Shown piece by piece: positions 22,195 through 31,832 of a DNA stretch of 64,000 nucleotides (its first letter is position 1; every line of letters starts with the position of its first letter). The translations under genes and the position numbers were made by a program. Location of the stretch: contig CAKOOV010000001.1 in the NCBI GenBank assembly GCA_934098435.1, forward strand, positions 118,185 to 182,184. Direction: 5' to 3'. The notes under the pieces are model-generated. The model did not search any database. It was given only the letters and a program-made list of their open reading frames with translations, and was not told the DNA's origin. The DNA comes from an uncultured Bacilli bacterium. Its GTDB lineage: Bacteria > Bacillota_I > Bacilli_A > RF39 > UBA660.

Positions 22195-23034
22195 ATGTTA
22201 CAAAATAGTTATGATGGTAAGCCTACTTTATATTTGGTATCTACGCCTATTGGAAATTTGGATGATATTACTTATAGAAGTGTAAAAGTCTTAAATGATG
22301 TTGCTGTTGTTTTTTCTGAGGATACTAGAGTAACTTTAAATTTACTTAATTATTTGGGAATTAATAAAAAACTTATTTCTCTTCATGAACATAATGAAGA
22401 TGTTGTAAAGGAAAAGGTATTGGAATATTTGAAAAATGGTGATAATATTGCTTTGGTTACTGATAGAGGGACACCTATTATTAGTGATCCGGGTTACAAA
22501 ACTGTTAAATATATAACAGATAATAATTATAATGTTGTTGCTCTTCCTGGACCTACTGCTTTTGTTCCTGCTCTTATTACTTCAGGACTTGCTCCGCAAC
22601 CTTTTTTGTTTTATGGCTTTTTAGATAGTAAGGATAGTTTAAAAAAGAATGAACTTGAAAGGTTATCAGATGAAGAGGAAACTATTATATTTTATGAGGC
22701 ACCACATAGGATAATTAGAACTTTAAATATGATGCTTGATATATTTGGTGATAGAAATATTAGTATATCTAGAGAAATATCAAAAAAATTTGAGACTGTT
22801 TATCGTGGTAAAATTAGTGACGTTATTAATATTATTCCTGAAATGGGTGAATTTGTTATTGCTGTTGATGGTGTTAAAGATAAAATTGTTGATAATAATA
22901 TTACTATTAAGGACGCTGTTGATAATTATATTAGGACTGGCTTTGATATAATGACTTCAATAAAAAAAGTTGCTAAAGATAGAAATGTTCCTAAAAACGT
23001 TATTTATAAAGAATATCATAAGGAGGATAATTAA
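22195..23034 (+). CDS. rsmI: 16S rRNA (cytidine1402-2'-O)-methyltransferase RsmI
   Basis: LYLVSTPIGNLDDIT, EDTR, and TDRGTPIISDPG tetrapyrrole-methylase-fold motifs. Confidence 0.85.
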   Translation: MLQNSYDGKPTLYLVSTPIGNLDDITYRSVKVLNDVAVVFSEDTRVTLNLLNYLGINKKLISLHEHNEDVVKEKVLEYLKNGDNIALVTDRGTPIISDPGYKTVKYITDNNYNVVALPGPTAFVPALITSGLAPQPFLFYGFLDSKDSLKKNELERLSDEEETIIFYEAPHRIIRTLNMMLDIFGDRNISISREISKKFETVYRGKISDVINIIPEMGEFVIAVDGVKDKIVDNNITIKDAVDNYIRTGFDIMTSIKKVAKDRNVPKNVIYKEYHKEDN

Positions 23035-23603
23035 TGAAATTAATTGTTGGTCTTGGTAATCCAGGAAGAGATTATAGTAATACAAGGCATAATGTTGGCT
23101 TTAACGTTATTGATTTGCTAGTAAAAAAGTATGATTTATCATTTAATGAAAATAAAAAGTTTAATGCTTTAGAATGCTATTTTAATTTAAATGACGAAAA
23201 AGTAATTTTTATTAAACCTTTAACTTATATGAATTTATCTGGTAGTTCTGTTGTTTTATATGTTAATTATTATAATATAGAATTATCTGATATTTTGATT
23301 ATTCATGATGATTTGGATATGGTGCTTGGCAAAATTAGATTTGTATTTGATAGTTCTAGTGGTGGTCATAATGGTATTAAAGATATTATTAATAAACTTG
23401 GTAGTCAGAGGTTTTCTAGGTTAAAAATAGGAATTTCTAATGATAAGGCTATTGATACTAAAGATTATGTTTTGGGTAAATTTAGTAATGATGAAATTAA
23501 AATACTTAATAATTCTTATGAAAAATTATATGATCTTGTAGAAGATTTTATTTCATATGATGTTAATACTTTAAAACAAATTTATAATAATAAAAATAAT
23601 TAA
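23034..23603 (+). CDS. pth: Peptidyl-tRNA hydrolase
   Basis: LIVGLGNPGRDYSNTRHNVGF and GGHNGIKDI. Confidence 0.92.
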   Translation: MKLIVGLGNPGRDYSNTRHNVGFNVIDLLVKKYDLSFNENKKFNALECYFNLNDEKVIFIKPLTYMNLSGSSVVLYVNYYNIELSDILIIHDDLDMVLGKIRFVFDSSSGGHNGIKDIINKLGSQRFSRLKIGISNDKAIDTKDYVLGKFSNDEIKILNNSYEKLYDLVEDFISYDVNTLKQIYNNKNN

Positions 23604-23643
23604 GATACACATAGTTGTATCTTTTGTCTATGGAGATGATAAT

Positions 23644-26600
23644 GTGAGTTTTTTTGATAACTTATTTATGATTGATAATAAGAGTGAATATTTGGTTACT
23701 GGACTTAACAGGGAACTTAATAGTATATATGTATATGACTATTTTAAAAAGAACAATTGTAATATTTTACTTGTTACTAATTCTTTATATGAAGCTAATG
23801 ATTTGTATAATAGAATTAGTAATTATACTAATAAGGTTTTGTTTTTTCCTATGGATGATTTTATGTCTAGCGAAGTTTCTGCCTTGAGTCCTGAATTAAT
23901 GATTGAAAGACTTAATACATTAAACAAAGTTATAAATAATGATAAATATATTGTAATTTGTAATTTAATGGGTTTACTTAGATATTTGCCTAATAAAAAT
24001 TTATATAAGAGTAAAATTGTTAATTTGGGTGTAAATGATGATGTAAATAGAGATGAACTTATTAATATTTTTTTTGAATTAGGTTATGATAAGGTACCAC
24101 TTGTTACTAAAACTGGTGAAATGGCTATTAGGGGGTATGTTATTGATATTTTTCCTATTGGTTTTGATAATCCTATTAGAATTGAGTTTTGGGGTGATAC
24201 TATTGATAGTATTAAATATTTTGATTTGGATAGTCAATATTCAAGTAAAAGTATTGAAAAAGTTAGTATTTATCCTTTTACAGAATTTTTAGTTGATAAT
24301 AAAAATAGTATTGATAGTAGTTTGTATAAACAAAAATATCTTTCTAATTTTTCTGATATTGTTTATGGTATATGGAACTATTTGGATAATTTTACTCTTA
24401 TTTATTATGATTATAATCAGATTATATCTGGTTATAGACTACTTAGGGAAAGTATTATTAATTATGATAATGAAATGTCTGATAGTATTAAGACTAATTA
24501 TATGTTTGATATTTCAGATGTTAAATATGATAATATAATTTATATATTGGAATTTGATAATTTAATTGATCTTGATGTTAAGTTTAAACATAATTTTTTA
24601 TCTTATAATATTGATAATTATATGGGTAATTTTGAAAAGATTAAAATAAGTATTCATAAATATATTTCTAGTGGTAAAACAGTTATTATGTGTATTGATG
24701 ATAAGAATGTTGTTAAGAGAATTATTACTTATTTGGATATTTTAAATGATGTTATTATTACTAATGAAAATGAAATTGTTAAAAATAAAATTAATATTAT
24801 TAATAAATATATTGTTAATGGTTTTATATATGATGATTATGTTGTTATTTCTTCTAATGATTTATTTGGTAAAATTGAAAATAGGAAAAAAGTTAAAAGT
24901 AAATATAAAGTTGGTAGTAAAATTAGTAATATTGATAACTTAGAAAAAGGTGATTATATTGTTCATATTGATCATGGTATAGGTCAATATATTGAAATTT
25001 GTACTTTAACTAAGAATGGATTAAAAAAAGATTATATTAAACTTCTTTATGCTGATGGTGATATTTTATATTTACCAGTAGAAAAAATTGATAAAATTAC
25101 TAAATTTACTGGTAGAGACGGTGCTATTGTTAGACTTGATAAGCTTGGTGGTGATTCTTGGAATAAGAAAAAGGCAAGGGTTAGAAGTAAGCTTGAAAAT
25201 ATTGCTAGTGATTTAATTAGAGTGTCCGCTGAAAGAGAAAATTCTGTTGGTTATGCTTTTAGTCATGATGATGAAAATCAAATTTTGTTTGAGAGTAAAT
25301 TTAAATATGAACCTACTGCTGATCAAATTAGAGCTACACAAATTATTAAGACGGAAATGGAAAAAAGTAAACCTATGGATATGCTATTATGTGGAGATGT
25401 TGGATATGGTAAAACAGAAGTTGCATTTAAGGCTATTTTTAAAGCAGTTAATGATGGTAAACAGGTAGCTTATCTTTGTCCGACTACTATTTTGTCTAGT
25501 CAACAGTATAATGCTGCTATAGAAAGATTTAGTGATTTTCCTATTAATATTGCACTTCTTAATAGATTTACTTCTATTCGGGAGCAAAATATTATCTTTG
25601 ATAAACTTAAGACTGGTAAGATTGATATTCTGTTTGGTACGCACAAGCTTTTAAATGACAAAGTTGATTTTAAGGATTTGGGTCTTCTTATTATTGATGA
25701 GGAACAGAGATTTGGGGTTGTTCATAAAGAGAAAATTAAGAAGTATAAGACTAGTATTGATATTCTTACTTTATCTGCTACACCAATACCTAGAACTCTT
25801 CAAATGTCAATGTCTGGTATTAGGGGACTTGCACTTATTGAGACACCACCTGAGAAGAGAAGACCTATTCAAACGTATGTTATGCCCGAGAGCATTAATA
25901 TTATAAAAGATGCTATTTATAAAGAATTATCAAGAAATGGTCAAATATTTATGCTTTATAATAGTGTTGAAAGAATTGATAATAAATTAGATGAAATTAA
26001 AAAGCTAGTACCTGAGGCTAGTATTAGATATGCTCATGGTAGAATGACTAAAATGGAACTTGAAAATATTATGATTGATTTTACTAATCATGAATTTGAT
26101 ATTCTTTTATGTACTACTATAATTGAGACTGGTATTGATATTCCTAATGTTAATACTTTAATTATTCTTGATGCTGATAAGTTTGGATTATCTCAATTAT
26201 ATCAAATTAGGGGTAGAATAGGTAGGAGTGATAGAATTGGTTATGCATATCTTATGTATGATAATAGGAAAGAACTTAATGATTTAGCTGTTAAAAGACT
26301 TAATACGATAAAAGAATTTACTGAACTTGGTAGTGGTTTTAAAATTGCTATGAGAGATTTATCTATTAGGGGAGCTGGTGATGTGCTTGGTAGTGAACAA
26401 TCTGGATTTATCGATAGTGTTGGTATTGATTTGTATCTTAAAATGTTAAAAGAAGAAGTTGACAAATTAAAAGGAATTAATGTTTCTTCTGATAAAGAAG
26501 AAAGTGTAAAACCATTGATAGAGGTTGAGACTCATATTTCTTCAGAGTATGCTCCTGATGATGAGATTAAAATTGGGGTTCATAAGCTCATTAATGACAT

Positions 26601-26961
26601 AAATTCTAAAGATGATATAGACAAACTTATTAATACTTTAAAAGATAGATTTGGTAATGTTACTGATGAAATGATTGTTTATATGCATGAAGAGTGGTTT
26701 GAGAAACAGGCTAAATGTCTTGATATTACTGAGACTAAACAAACTAAAACATATGTTGAAATTGTACTTCCAGAGTATTTGTCAAAAGAAATTGATGGTG
26801 AAAAATTATTTTTTGATGCTTATGAGATATCTAAGTATTTTAGATTTTCTTATAATAATAATCAGATTCATATTATATTGGATACAATTAAGTTGAATAA
26901 ACATTTTGTATATTACTTAAATGATTTGCTTGATTTAATCATTAAAGATGTAAAGAAATAG
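23644..26961 (+). CDS. mfd: Transcription-repair coupling factor Mfd
   Basis: 1105 aa. CarD-like GDYIVHIDHGIGQY, helicase motifs GDVGYGKTEVA, IIDEEQRFGV and QLYQIRGRIGRS. GTG start. Confidence 0.93.
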   Translation: MSFFDNLFMIDNKSEYLVTGLNRELNSIYVYDYFKKNNCNILLVTNSLYEANDLYNRISNYTNKVLFFPMDDFMSSEVSALSPELMIERLNTLNKVINNDKYIVICNLMGLLRYLPNKNLYKSKIVNLGVNDDVNRDELINIFFELGYDKVPLVTKTGEMAIRGYVIDIFPIGFDNPIRIEFWGDTIDSIKYFDLDSQYSSKSIEKVSIYPFTEFLVDNKNSIDSSLYKQKYLSNFSDIVYGIWNYLDNFTLIYYDYNQIISGYRLLRESIINYDNEMSDSIKTNYMFDISDVKYDNIIYILEFDNLIDLDVKFKHNFLSYNIDNYMGNFEKIKISIHKYISSGKTVIMCIDDKNVVKRIITYLDILNDVIITNENEIVKNKINIINKYIVNGFIYDDYVVISSNDLFGKIENRKKVKSKYKVGSKISNIDNLEKGDYIVHIDHGIGQYIEICTLTKNGLKKDYIKLLYADGDILYLPVEKIDKITKFTGRDGAIVRLDKLGGDSWNKKKARVRSKLENIASDLIRVSAERENSVGYAFSHDDENQILFESKFKYEPTADQIRATQIIKTEMEKSKPMDMLLCGDVGYGKTEVAFKAIFKAVNDGKQVAYLCPTTILSSQQYNAAIERFSDFPINIALLNRFTSIREQNIIFDKLKTGKIDILFGTHKLLNDKVDFKDLGLLIIDEEQRFGVVHKEKIKKYKTSIDILTLSATPIPRTLQMSMSGIRGLALIETPPEKRRPIQTYVMPESINIIKDAIYKELSRNGQIFMLYNSVERIDNKLDEIKKLVPEASIRYAHGRMTKMELENIMIDFTNHEFDILLCTTIIETGIDIPNVNTLIILDADKFGLSQLYQIRGRIGRSDRIGYAYLMYDNRKELNDLAVKRLNTIKEFTELGSGFKIAMRDLSIRGAGDVLGSEQSGFIDSVGIDLYLKMLKEEVDKLKGINVSSDKEESVKPLIEVETHISSEYAPDDEIKIGVHKLINDINSKDDIDKLINTLKDRFGNVTDEMIVYMHEEWFEKQAKCLDITETKQTKTYVEIVLPEYLSKEIDGEKLFFDAYEISKYFRFSYNNNQIHIILDTIKLNKHFVYYLNDLLDLIIKDVKK

Positions 26962-26993
26962 AGTGTAAAATTTTATTTCTTTTTTGTTTATTT

Positions 26994-27022
26994 GTATATT
27001 TCTTTCTTTATTTGACAGAATA
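26994..27022 (+). promoter_or_regulatory. Candidate forespore-type (sigma-F/G-like) promoter of spoVT
   Basis: GTATA, 17 nt, CAGAATA, compared with my recollection of the sigma-G consensus GHATR-N17/18-CATnnTA. Confidence 0.3.
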
Positions 27023-27044
27023 TTAAAGAAAGTATGGTGAATGT

Positions 27045-27575
27045 ATGAAAACAACTGGTGTTATTAGAAGAATAGATGAACTTGGTAGAATTGTTATACC
27101 AAAAGAAATTAGAAAGAATTTAAGAATTAAGAATGGTGATAGTTTAGAAATTTTTTTAGAAAGTAATAATATTATTTTGAAAAAGTATTCTCAACTTGAG
27201 ACTATTGAAAATGTTTCTGTTGATTATGTTGAAGCTTTTAATACAATTATTAAGCATAATATTATTGTTACTGATAGGGATAAGGTTATTGCAGTGGCGG
27301 GTCCTCTTAAGAAAAAATATTTAGGTAAAGAAGTAAATGAGTTTACGGAAAGAAGTATTGAGAGACGTGATTCTTTTTCGGAAAAGCAGAAGAAAATATT
27401 TCAAATAATTAAGGAAGAGGATGAAAATGGGTATTATTCTTTTTCTTCAATAGTGGATAATGGTGATGCGATTGGTAGTGTTATTATTATTTCTACTGAT
27501 ACACCTATTACTGATGTAGAAGATAAAATGGGAATTATTTTGTCTAGATTACTTAGTACACAGTTTGCTGATTAA
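27045..27575 (+). CDS. spoVT: Stage V sporulation regulator SpoVT (AbrB-type N-domain plus GAF-like C-domain)
   Basis: TGVIRRIDELGRIVIPKEIRKNLRI swapped-hairpin motif. 176 aa. Follows mfd as in Bacillus. Confidence 0.8.
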   Translation: MKTTGVIRRIDELGRIVIPKEIRKNLRIKNGDSLEIFLESNNIILKKYSQLETIENVSVDYVEAFNTIIKHNIIVTDRDKVIAVAGPLKKKYLGKEVNEFTERSIERRDSFSEKQKKIFQIIKEEDENGYYSFSSIVDNGDAIGSVIIISTDTPITDVEDKMGIILSRLLSTQFAD

Positions 27576-27576
27576 T

Positions 27577-27600
27577 CATAGTTTAAACTATGGTTTTTTT
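27577..27600 (+). terminator. Rho-independent terminator after spoVT
   Basis: CATAGTTT / AAACTATG palindrome followed by T7. Confidence 0.65.
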
Positions 27601-27686
27601 GATACGTGATAGTATTTTGAAAAAGAGACAATGAACTCAATTTTTTTTTGATAGAATTAAACTCTTTAAGAAATAATAAAAAGTAC

Positions 27687-27715
27687 TTGAAATTATATTT
27701 TTTATATGATAAAAT
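27687..27715 (+). promoter_or_regulatory. Sigma-A promoter of the T-box leader
   Basis: TTGAAA, 17 nt, TAAAAT. Confidence 0.6.
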
Positions 27716-27721
27716 ACTTTC

Positions 27722-27935
27722 TGTAAAGCGATGAAGGAAAGAGTAATAGTAATATTTATAGAGAGTCTATGTTGGTGGAAATTAGATAAGAAAAGCTATT
27801 ATAGATGGTTCTGGAGCTATTATATCTAATAGGTATAGTCGGTTGTTACGTTAGAACTTAATGAGTGTATTATTATAAAATAAGGTGGTACCGCGGATTG
27901 TTTATTCGTCCTTTGACTACTTTATTTTTTTGCTT
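27722..27935 (+). promoter_or_regulatory. T-box riboswitch leader (candidate Met specifier)
   Basis: GA/K-turn AGCGATGAAGG, AGAGTA, AGAGAG distal element, GGTGGAAA, and the conserved T-box AAATAAGGTGGTACCGCGG (27878-27896), followed by a T-run at 27923-27931. The candidate specifier ATG at 27805-27807 is followed by a purine. Confidence 0.8.
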
Positions 27936-27952
27936 TATAGGAGGTGTTTATT

Positions 27953-28438
27953 ATGAGAAAATTTGAAAAGATAAGTAAGAGTGAGTTTTTGAAAGATGTA
28001 CCTGATGCTAATTATGATGATATTATATTGCCTAAAAGAAGTACTTTAAATAGTGCTGGTTATGACTTCTATAGTGTTATATCGTTTACTTTAAGTCCTG
28101 GAGAGAGAAGAGTTATTCCTACTGGTATAAAAGCTTCAATGAATAGTAATGAATTTTTGGGTATTTATATTCGTAGTAGTTTGGGATTTAAGTGGAATAT
28201 ACGGATGTGTAATCAGGTTGGTATTATTGATGCAGATTATTATAATAATAGTGAGAATGAAGGTCATATTTTTGTATGCTTGATGAATGAGGGAGATAAG
28301 GTTTTAGAAATTAAAAAAGGTGATAGAATAGTTCAAGGTATTTTTATGCCATTTTTAATTACTGACGATGATGAAACTACTGATATTAGATTGGGTGGTA
28401 TTGGTAGTACTAATAAGGGAGATGATAATAATGAATAA
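27953..28438 (+). CDS. dut: dUTP diphosphatase (trimeric dUTPase family)
   Basis: Five dUTPase motifs: SAGYDFYS, IRSSLG, GIIDADYYNN, GDRIVQGIF and RLGGIGSTNKG. Confidence 0.8.
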   Translation: MRKFEKISKSEFLKDVPDANYDDIILPKRSTLNSAGYDFYSVISFTLSPGERRVIPTGIKASMNSNEFLGIYIRSSLGFKWNIRMCNQVGIIDADYYNNSENEGHIFVCLMNEGDKVLEIKKGDRIVQGIFMPFLITDDDETTDIRLGGIGSTNKGDDNNE

Positions 28439-29960
28439 TAAGAAATTTTATATTACAACACCTATATATTATCCAAGTGCAAATTTTCATATTGGACACT
28501 GTTATACTACTATTATAGCGGATGCTATTGCTAGGTATAAAAGGCTTACTGGGTATGATGTATTTTATTTAACGGGTACTGATGAGCATGGTCAAAAAAT
28601 ACAAAAAAAGGCTACTGAAGCTGGAGTTACTCCAAAAGAATATGTTGATGAAATTGTTGGTAATGCTAAAGATTTATGGAAAAGTTTAGATATTAGCTAT
28701 GATAAATTTATTAGAACTACTGATCCAGAGCATGTTGAATGTGTACAAAAAATATTTAAAAAGTTATATGATAAGGGAGATATTTATAAAGGTGAATATA
28801 AGGGGCTTTATTGTACACCATGTGAGTCTTTTTGGACTGAAACACAGCTTATAGATGGTAAATGTCCTGATTGTGGTAGAGATGTATATGAGGTTAGTGA
28901 AGAGGCTTATTTCTTTAATCTTTCTAAGTACCAAGATAGACTTATTAAATTTTATGATGAGAATCCTGATTTTATAGAACCTATTTCTAGAAAAAATGAA
29001 ATGATTAATAATTTTATTAAACCAGGACTTGAGGATTTATGTGTGTCTAGAACTTCTTTTGATTGGGGAATACCGGTTACATTTGATCCTGGACATATTG
29101 TTTATGTTTGGGTAGATGCTCTTGCTAATTATTTGTCCGCTTTAGGATATTTAAGTGATGACGATTCTTTATTTAAAAAATATTGGCCTTGTGATTTACA
29201 TATTGTTGGTAAAGAAATTGTTAGATTTCATACCATTATTTGGCCAATTATGTTAATGGCACTTGATTTACCATTACCTAAAAAGGTTTTTGGTCATGGT
29301 TGGCTTGTTATTAATGGTGGTAAAATATCTAAGAGTTTAGGTAATTATAAAGATCCTAGAGAATATATTGATAGTTATGGTGTAGATGCTGTTAGATATT
29401 TTGCTTTGAGAGAGGTTCCTTTTGGTAGTGATGGTAATTTTTCAGAAGAAGCTTTAGTGGCTAGAACAAATGGTGATTTAGCTAATATTCTTGGCAATTT
29501 GGTTAATAGAACAATCGGAATGGCTAATAAGTATTTTGATGGTGTTGTTTATGATAAAGGCGTATCTAACGATATTGATGATGTGCTTATTAAGCATACT
29601 TTAGAACTTAAGGATAAAGTTGATTTGCATATGGATAAGCTTGAGGTGTCTAAGGCTTTAGAATGTATATTTGATTTACTTAGAGAATGTAATAAATATA
29701 TTGATGATACTATGCCTTGGGTACTTTATAAAGAAGAGGATAAGAGAGATAGACTTGCTACTGTTATATATAATTTAGTTGAATGTATTAGAATTAATGC
29801 TATACTTCTTGAAGCTTTTATTCCTGGTACTAGTGCAAAGATTTTTGAACAAATTAATACGGATGTTACTGATTATGATTCTATTTGTAAATTTGGTGGA
29901 TATAAAAGTGGGACTAAGGTTAATAAACCTGAAGTATTATTTAAAAGAATTGAAAATTAA
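28431..29960 (+). CDS. metG: Methionine--tRNA ligase (short form without C-terminal tRNA-binding domain)
   Basis: PIYYPSANFHIGH (HIGH), KISKSLGN (KMSKS) and the CPDCG zinc knuckle. Overlaps the dut stop by 8 nt. Confidence 0.93.
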   Translation: MNNKKFYITTPIYYPSANFHIGHCYTTIIADAIARYKRLTGYDVFYLTGTDEHGQKIQKKATEAGVTPKEYVDEIVGNAKDLWKSLDISYDKFIRTTDPEHVECVQKIFKKLYDKGDIYKGEYKGLYCTPCESFWTETQLIDGKCPDCGRDVYEVSEEAYFFNLSKYQDRLIKFYDENPDFIEPISRKNEMINNFIKPGLEDLCVSRTSFDWGIPVTFDPGHIVYVWVDALANYLSALGYLSDDDSLFKKYWPCDLHIVGKEIVRFHTIIWPIMLMALDLPLPKKVFGHGWLVINGGKISKSLGNYKDPREYIDSYGVDAVRYFALREVPFGSDGNFSEEALVARTNGDLANILGNLVNRTIGMANKYFDGVVYDKGVSNDIDDVLIKHTLELKDKVDLHMDKLEVSKALECIFDLLRECNKYIDDTMPWVLYKEEDKRDRLATVIYNLVECIRINAILLEAFIPGTSAKIFEQINTDVTDYDSICKFGGYKSGTKVNKPEVLFKRIEN

Positions 29961-29965
29961 GTTTG

Positions 29966-29996
29966 AACAATAGATTTTACGTCTATTGTTTTTTTA
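29966..29996 (+). terminator. Rho-independent terminator after metG
   Basis: AACAATAGA / TCTATTGTT stem plus a T-run. Confidence 0.75.
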
Positions 29997-30090
29997 TGTG
30001 TAAAGTTTTTTTATTTTTCTTTACTATGTTATATTTTTATGTTATATTTTTTTTGTAGCTCTGATGTAACAAGAAAGGGAGAAGAATGCG

Positions 30091-30255
30091 ATGCTTAGAA
30101 TTAAGAGTAGCAGTATATTTGATGTTTTAATTTGTATATTAGGAGTTATTATTTTAATAGTATTATATTTATATGGTAATTTTATTGATTTTATATATGT
30201 TGGAATTATCTTTTTATGTATTTTATTATTTTATATTGAAAAAAGTTTTAAATAA
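30091..30255 (+). CDS. Small hypothetical two-TM membrane protein (54 aa; below the ORF-track cutoff)
   Basis: Hand translation MLRIKSSSIFDVLICILGVIILIVLYLYGNFIDFIYVGIIFLCILLFYIEKSFK. AAGGGAG lies upstream. Confidence 0.35.
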   Translation: MLRIKSSSIFDVLICILGVIILIVLYLYGNFIDFIYVGIIFLCILLFYIEKSFK

Positions 30256-30298
30256 TTGTACTATATGGTTATAGTATAATTTTTTTATGGAGGTAGTT

Positions 30299-31060
30299 AT
30301 GTTTATTGATACACATGCTCATTTGTTTAAAGAGTATTATAATGATTTAGATAGTGTTATTTTGGAATGTTTAAATAATGGAGTTAGTAAGATTATTGTT
30401 AGTGGTTGTGATATTGCTTCAAATAAAGAAGTATTAGAACTTGTTAATAAGTATGATTGTATTTATGGTACACTTGGATTTCATCCAAGCGAACTTGATG
30501 GCTTTAAAGATGAATATTTTGATTGGTTAGAGGAAAATATTAATAATAATAAGATTGTTGGAATTGGTGAAATTGGTCTTGATTATCATTATGAAGATAC
30601 TAATCGTGAACTTCAAAAAACGATATTTAAGAGACAACTTGATATTGCTTCTAAAAATGAAAAGCCTATTATTGTACACAGTAGAGATGCCGTAGGGGAC
30701 ACATATAATATATTAAAAGATTATAAATTAAGGGGTAGTATACATGCTTTTAGTGGTTCGGTGGAAATGGCTCATGAATTTATTAAACTTGGATATATGA
30801 TAGGAGTAGGCGGGGTTGTTACTTTTAAGAATGCTAAAAATATTAAAGAAGTGGTAAAAAGCGTTCCTTTAGCATATATATTATTAGAGACTGATTCTCC
30901 TTATTTGACTCCTGAACCTTATAGAGGAGAAATTAATAGTTCTAAAAATATTTCTTTTATAGCAAATAAAATTGCAGTGCTTAAAGAAGCCTCAATCGTA
31001 GATGTTTCAAGGGTTACGAGTGATAATGCAGAGAGGATATTTGACTTTTCTTCTAAATAA
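30299..31060 (+). CDS. tatD: TatD-family metal-dependent hydrolase
   Basis: FIDTHAHL, GEIGLDYHY, IVHSRDA and LLETDSPYL. Confidence 0.88.
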   Translation: MFIDTHAHLFKEYYNDLDSVILECLNNGVSKIIVSGCDIASNKEVLELVNKYDCIYGTLGFHPSELDGFKDEYFDWLEENINNNKIVGIGEIGLDYHYEDTNRELQKTIFKRQLDIASKNEKPIIVHSRDAVGDTYNILKDYKLRGSIHAFSGSVEMAHEFIKLGYMIGVGGVVTFKNAKNIKEVVKSVPLAYILLETDSPYLTPEPYRGEINSSKNISFIANKIAVLKEASIVDVSRVTSDNAERIFDFSSK

Positions 31061-31102
31061 TGATACAATTAATATGCTGAAAATATTAATGAGGTGAGAT
31101 GA

Positions 31103-31777
31103 ATGAAGAAAATAACTACTATGGTTATAACTGTTTCTTCACAATTATTAGTAGTTTTTGTATTTTTGTTTTTATTATTTGGCACTGTTGGAAGTAATAA
31201 AAATGTGACTATTATTGCTAATAATAATTTTAATAAAATGGCAGATAGAACTTTGGTTCTTTTTGAAGAAGAAAAGAAAAATGAATCTTCTACTGATGAT
31301 ACTGTTGTTCCTTTAGAAGATGAAAAAACTAAAGCTCAAGATGTAGTAGAAGAAAAGAAAGAAGAAGATAAAAAGGAAGAAGAAGAAATTGTTGTTACTC
31401 CTGAACCTAATTTATTTTATGATAGAGCTGTAATAAAAACTGAAGTTGGTACTATTACAGGTTATGGACCAGATTGTGCTGGTTGTTCTGGAATTACTGC
31501 TAGTGGTCATAATTTACATGAATCTATTTATTATAATGATTTAGAATTTGGTACTGTTAGAATTTTAGCTGCTGATAAGAGTATTCCTTTTTATTCAATA
31601 TTTAGAGTAAGTAATATTCCTGGCATGGATCCTTTTCTTGCTATTGTTCTTGATACTGGTGGTAATGTTGGATATGGTAAAGGTACTTTATTTGATTTGG
31701 CACATGCTAATGAACAAAATGGCGTTCTTCCAAAAACTTCAAATGTTACTTTTGAAATGTTAAGAAGTGGTAAATAA
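31103..31777 (+). CDS. 3D-domain (MltA/RlpA-like fold) cell-wall protein, YabE-like position
   Basis: Signal anchor, E/K-rich linker, then TGYGPDCAGCSGITASG ... VLDTGG, typical of 3D domains. Confidence 0.65.
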   Translation: MKKITTMVITVSSQLLVVFVFLFLLFGTVGSNKNVTIIANNNFNKMADRTLVLFEEEKKNESSTDDTVVPLEDEKTKAQDVVEEKKEEDKKEEEEIVVTPEPNLFYDRAVIKTEVGTITGYGPDCAGCSGITASGHNLHESIYYNDLEFGTVRILAADKSIPFYSIFRVSNIPGMDPFLAIVLDTGGNVGYGKGTLFDLAHANEQNGVLPKTSNVTFEMLRSGK

Positions 31778-31832
31778 TTATTACTTCTTTTTTTTGACAT
31801 TTTTTTTAATATTTGAGGAATATAATTATTAT

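Noticed and set aside
30026-30051. Tandem 13-bp repeat ATGTTATATTTTT, two copies, upstream of the small membrane ORF.
   Set aside because: Only two copies of an A/T-only unit are present, and there is no associated structure or conservation evidence.
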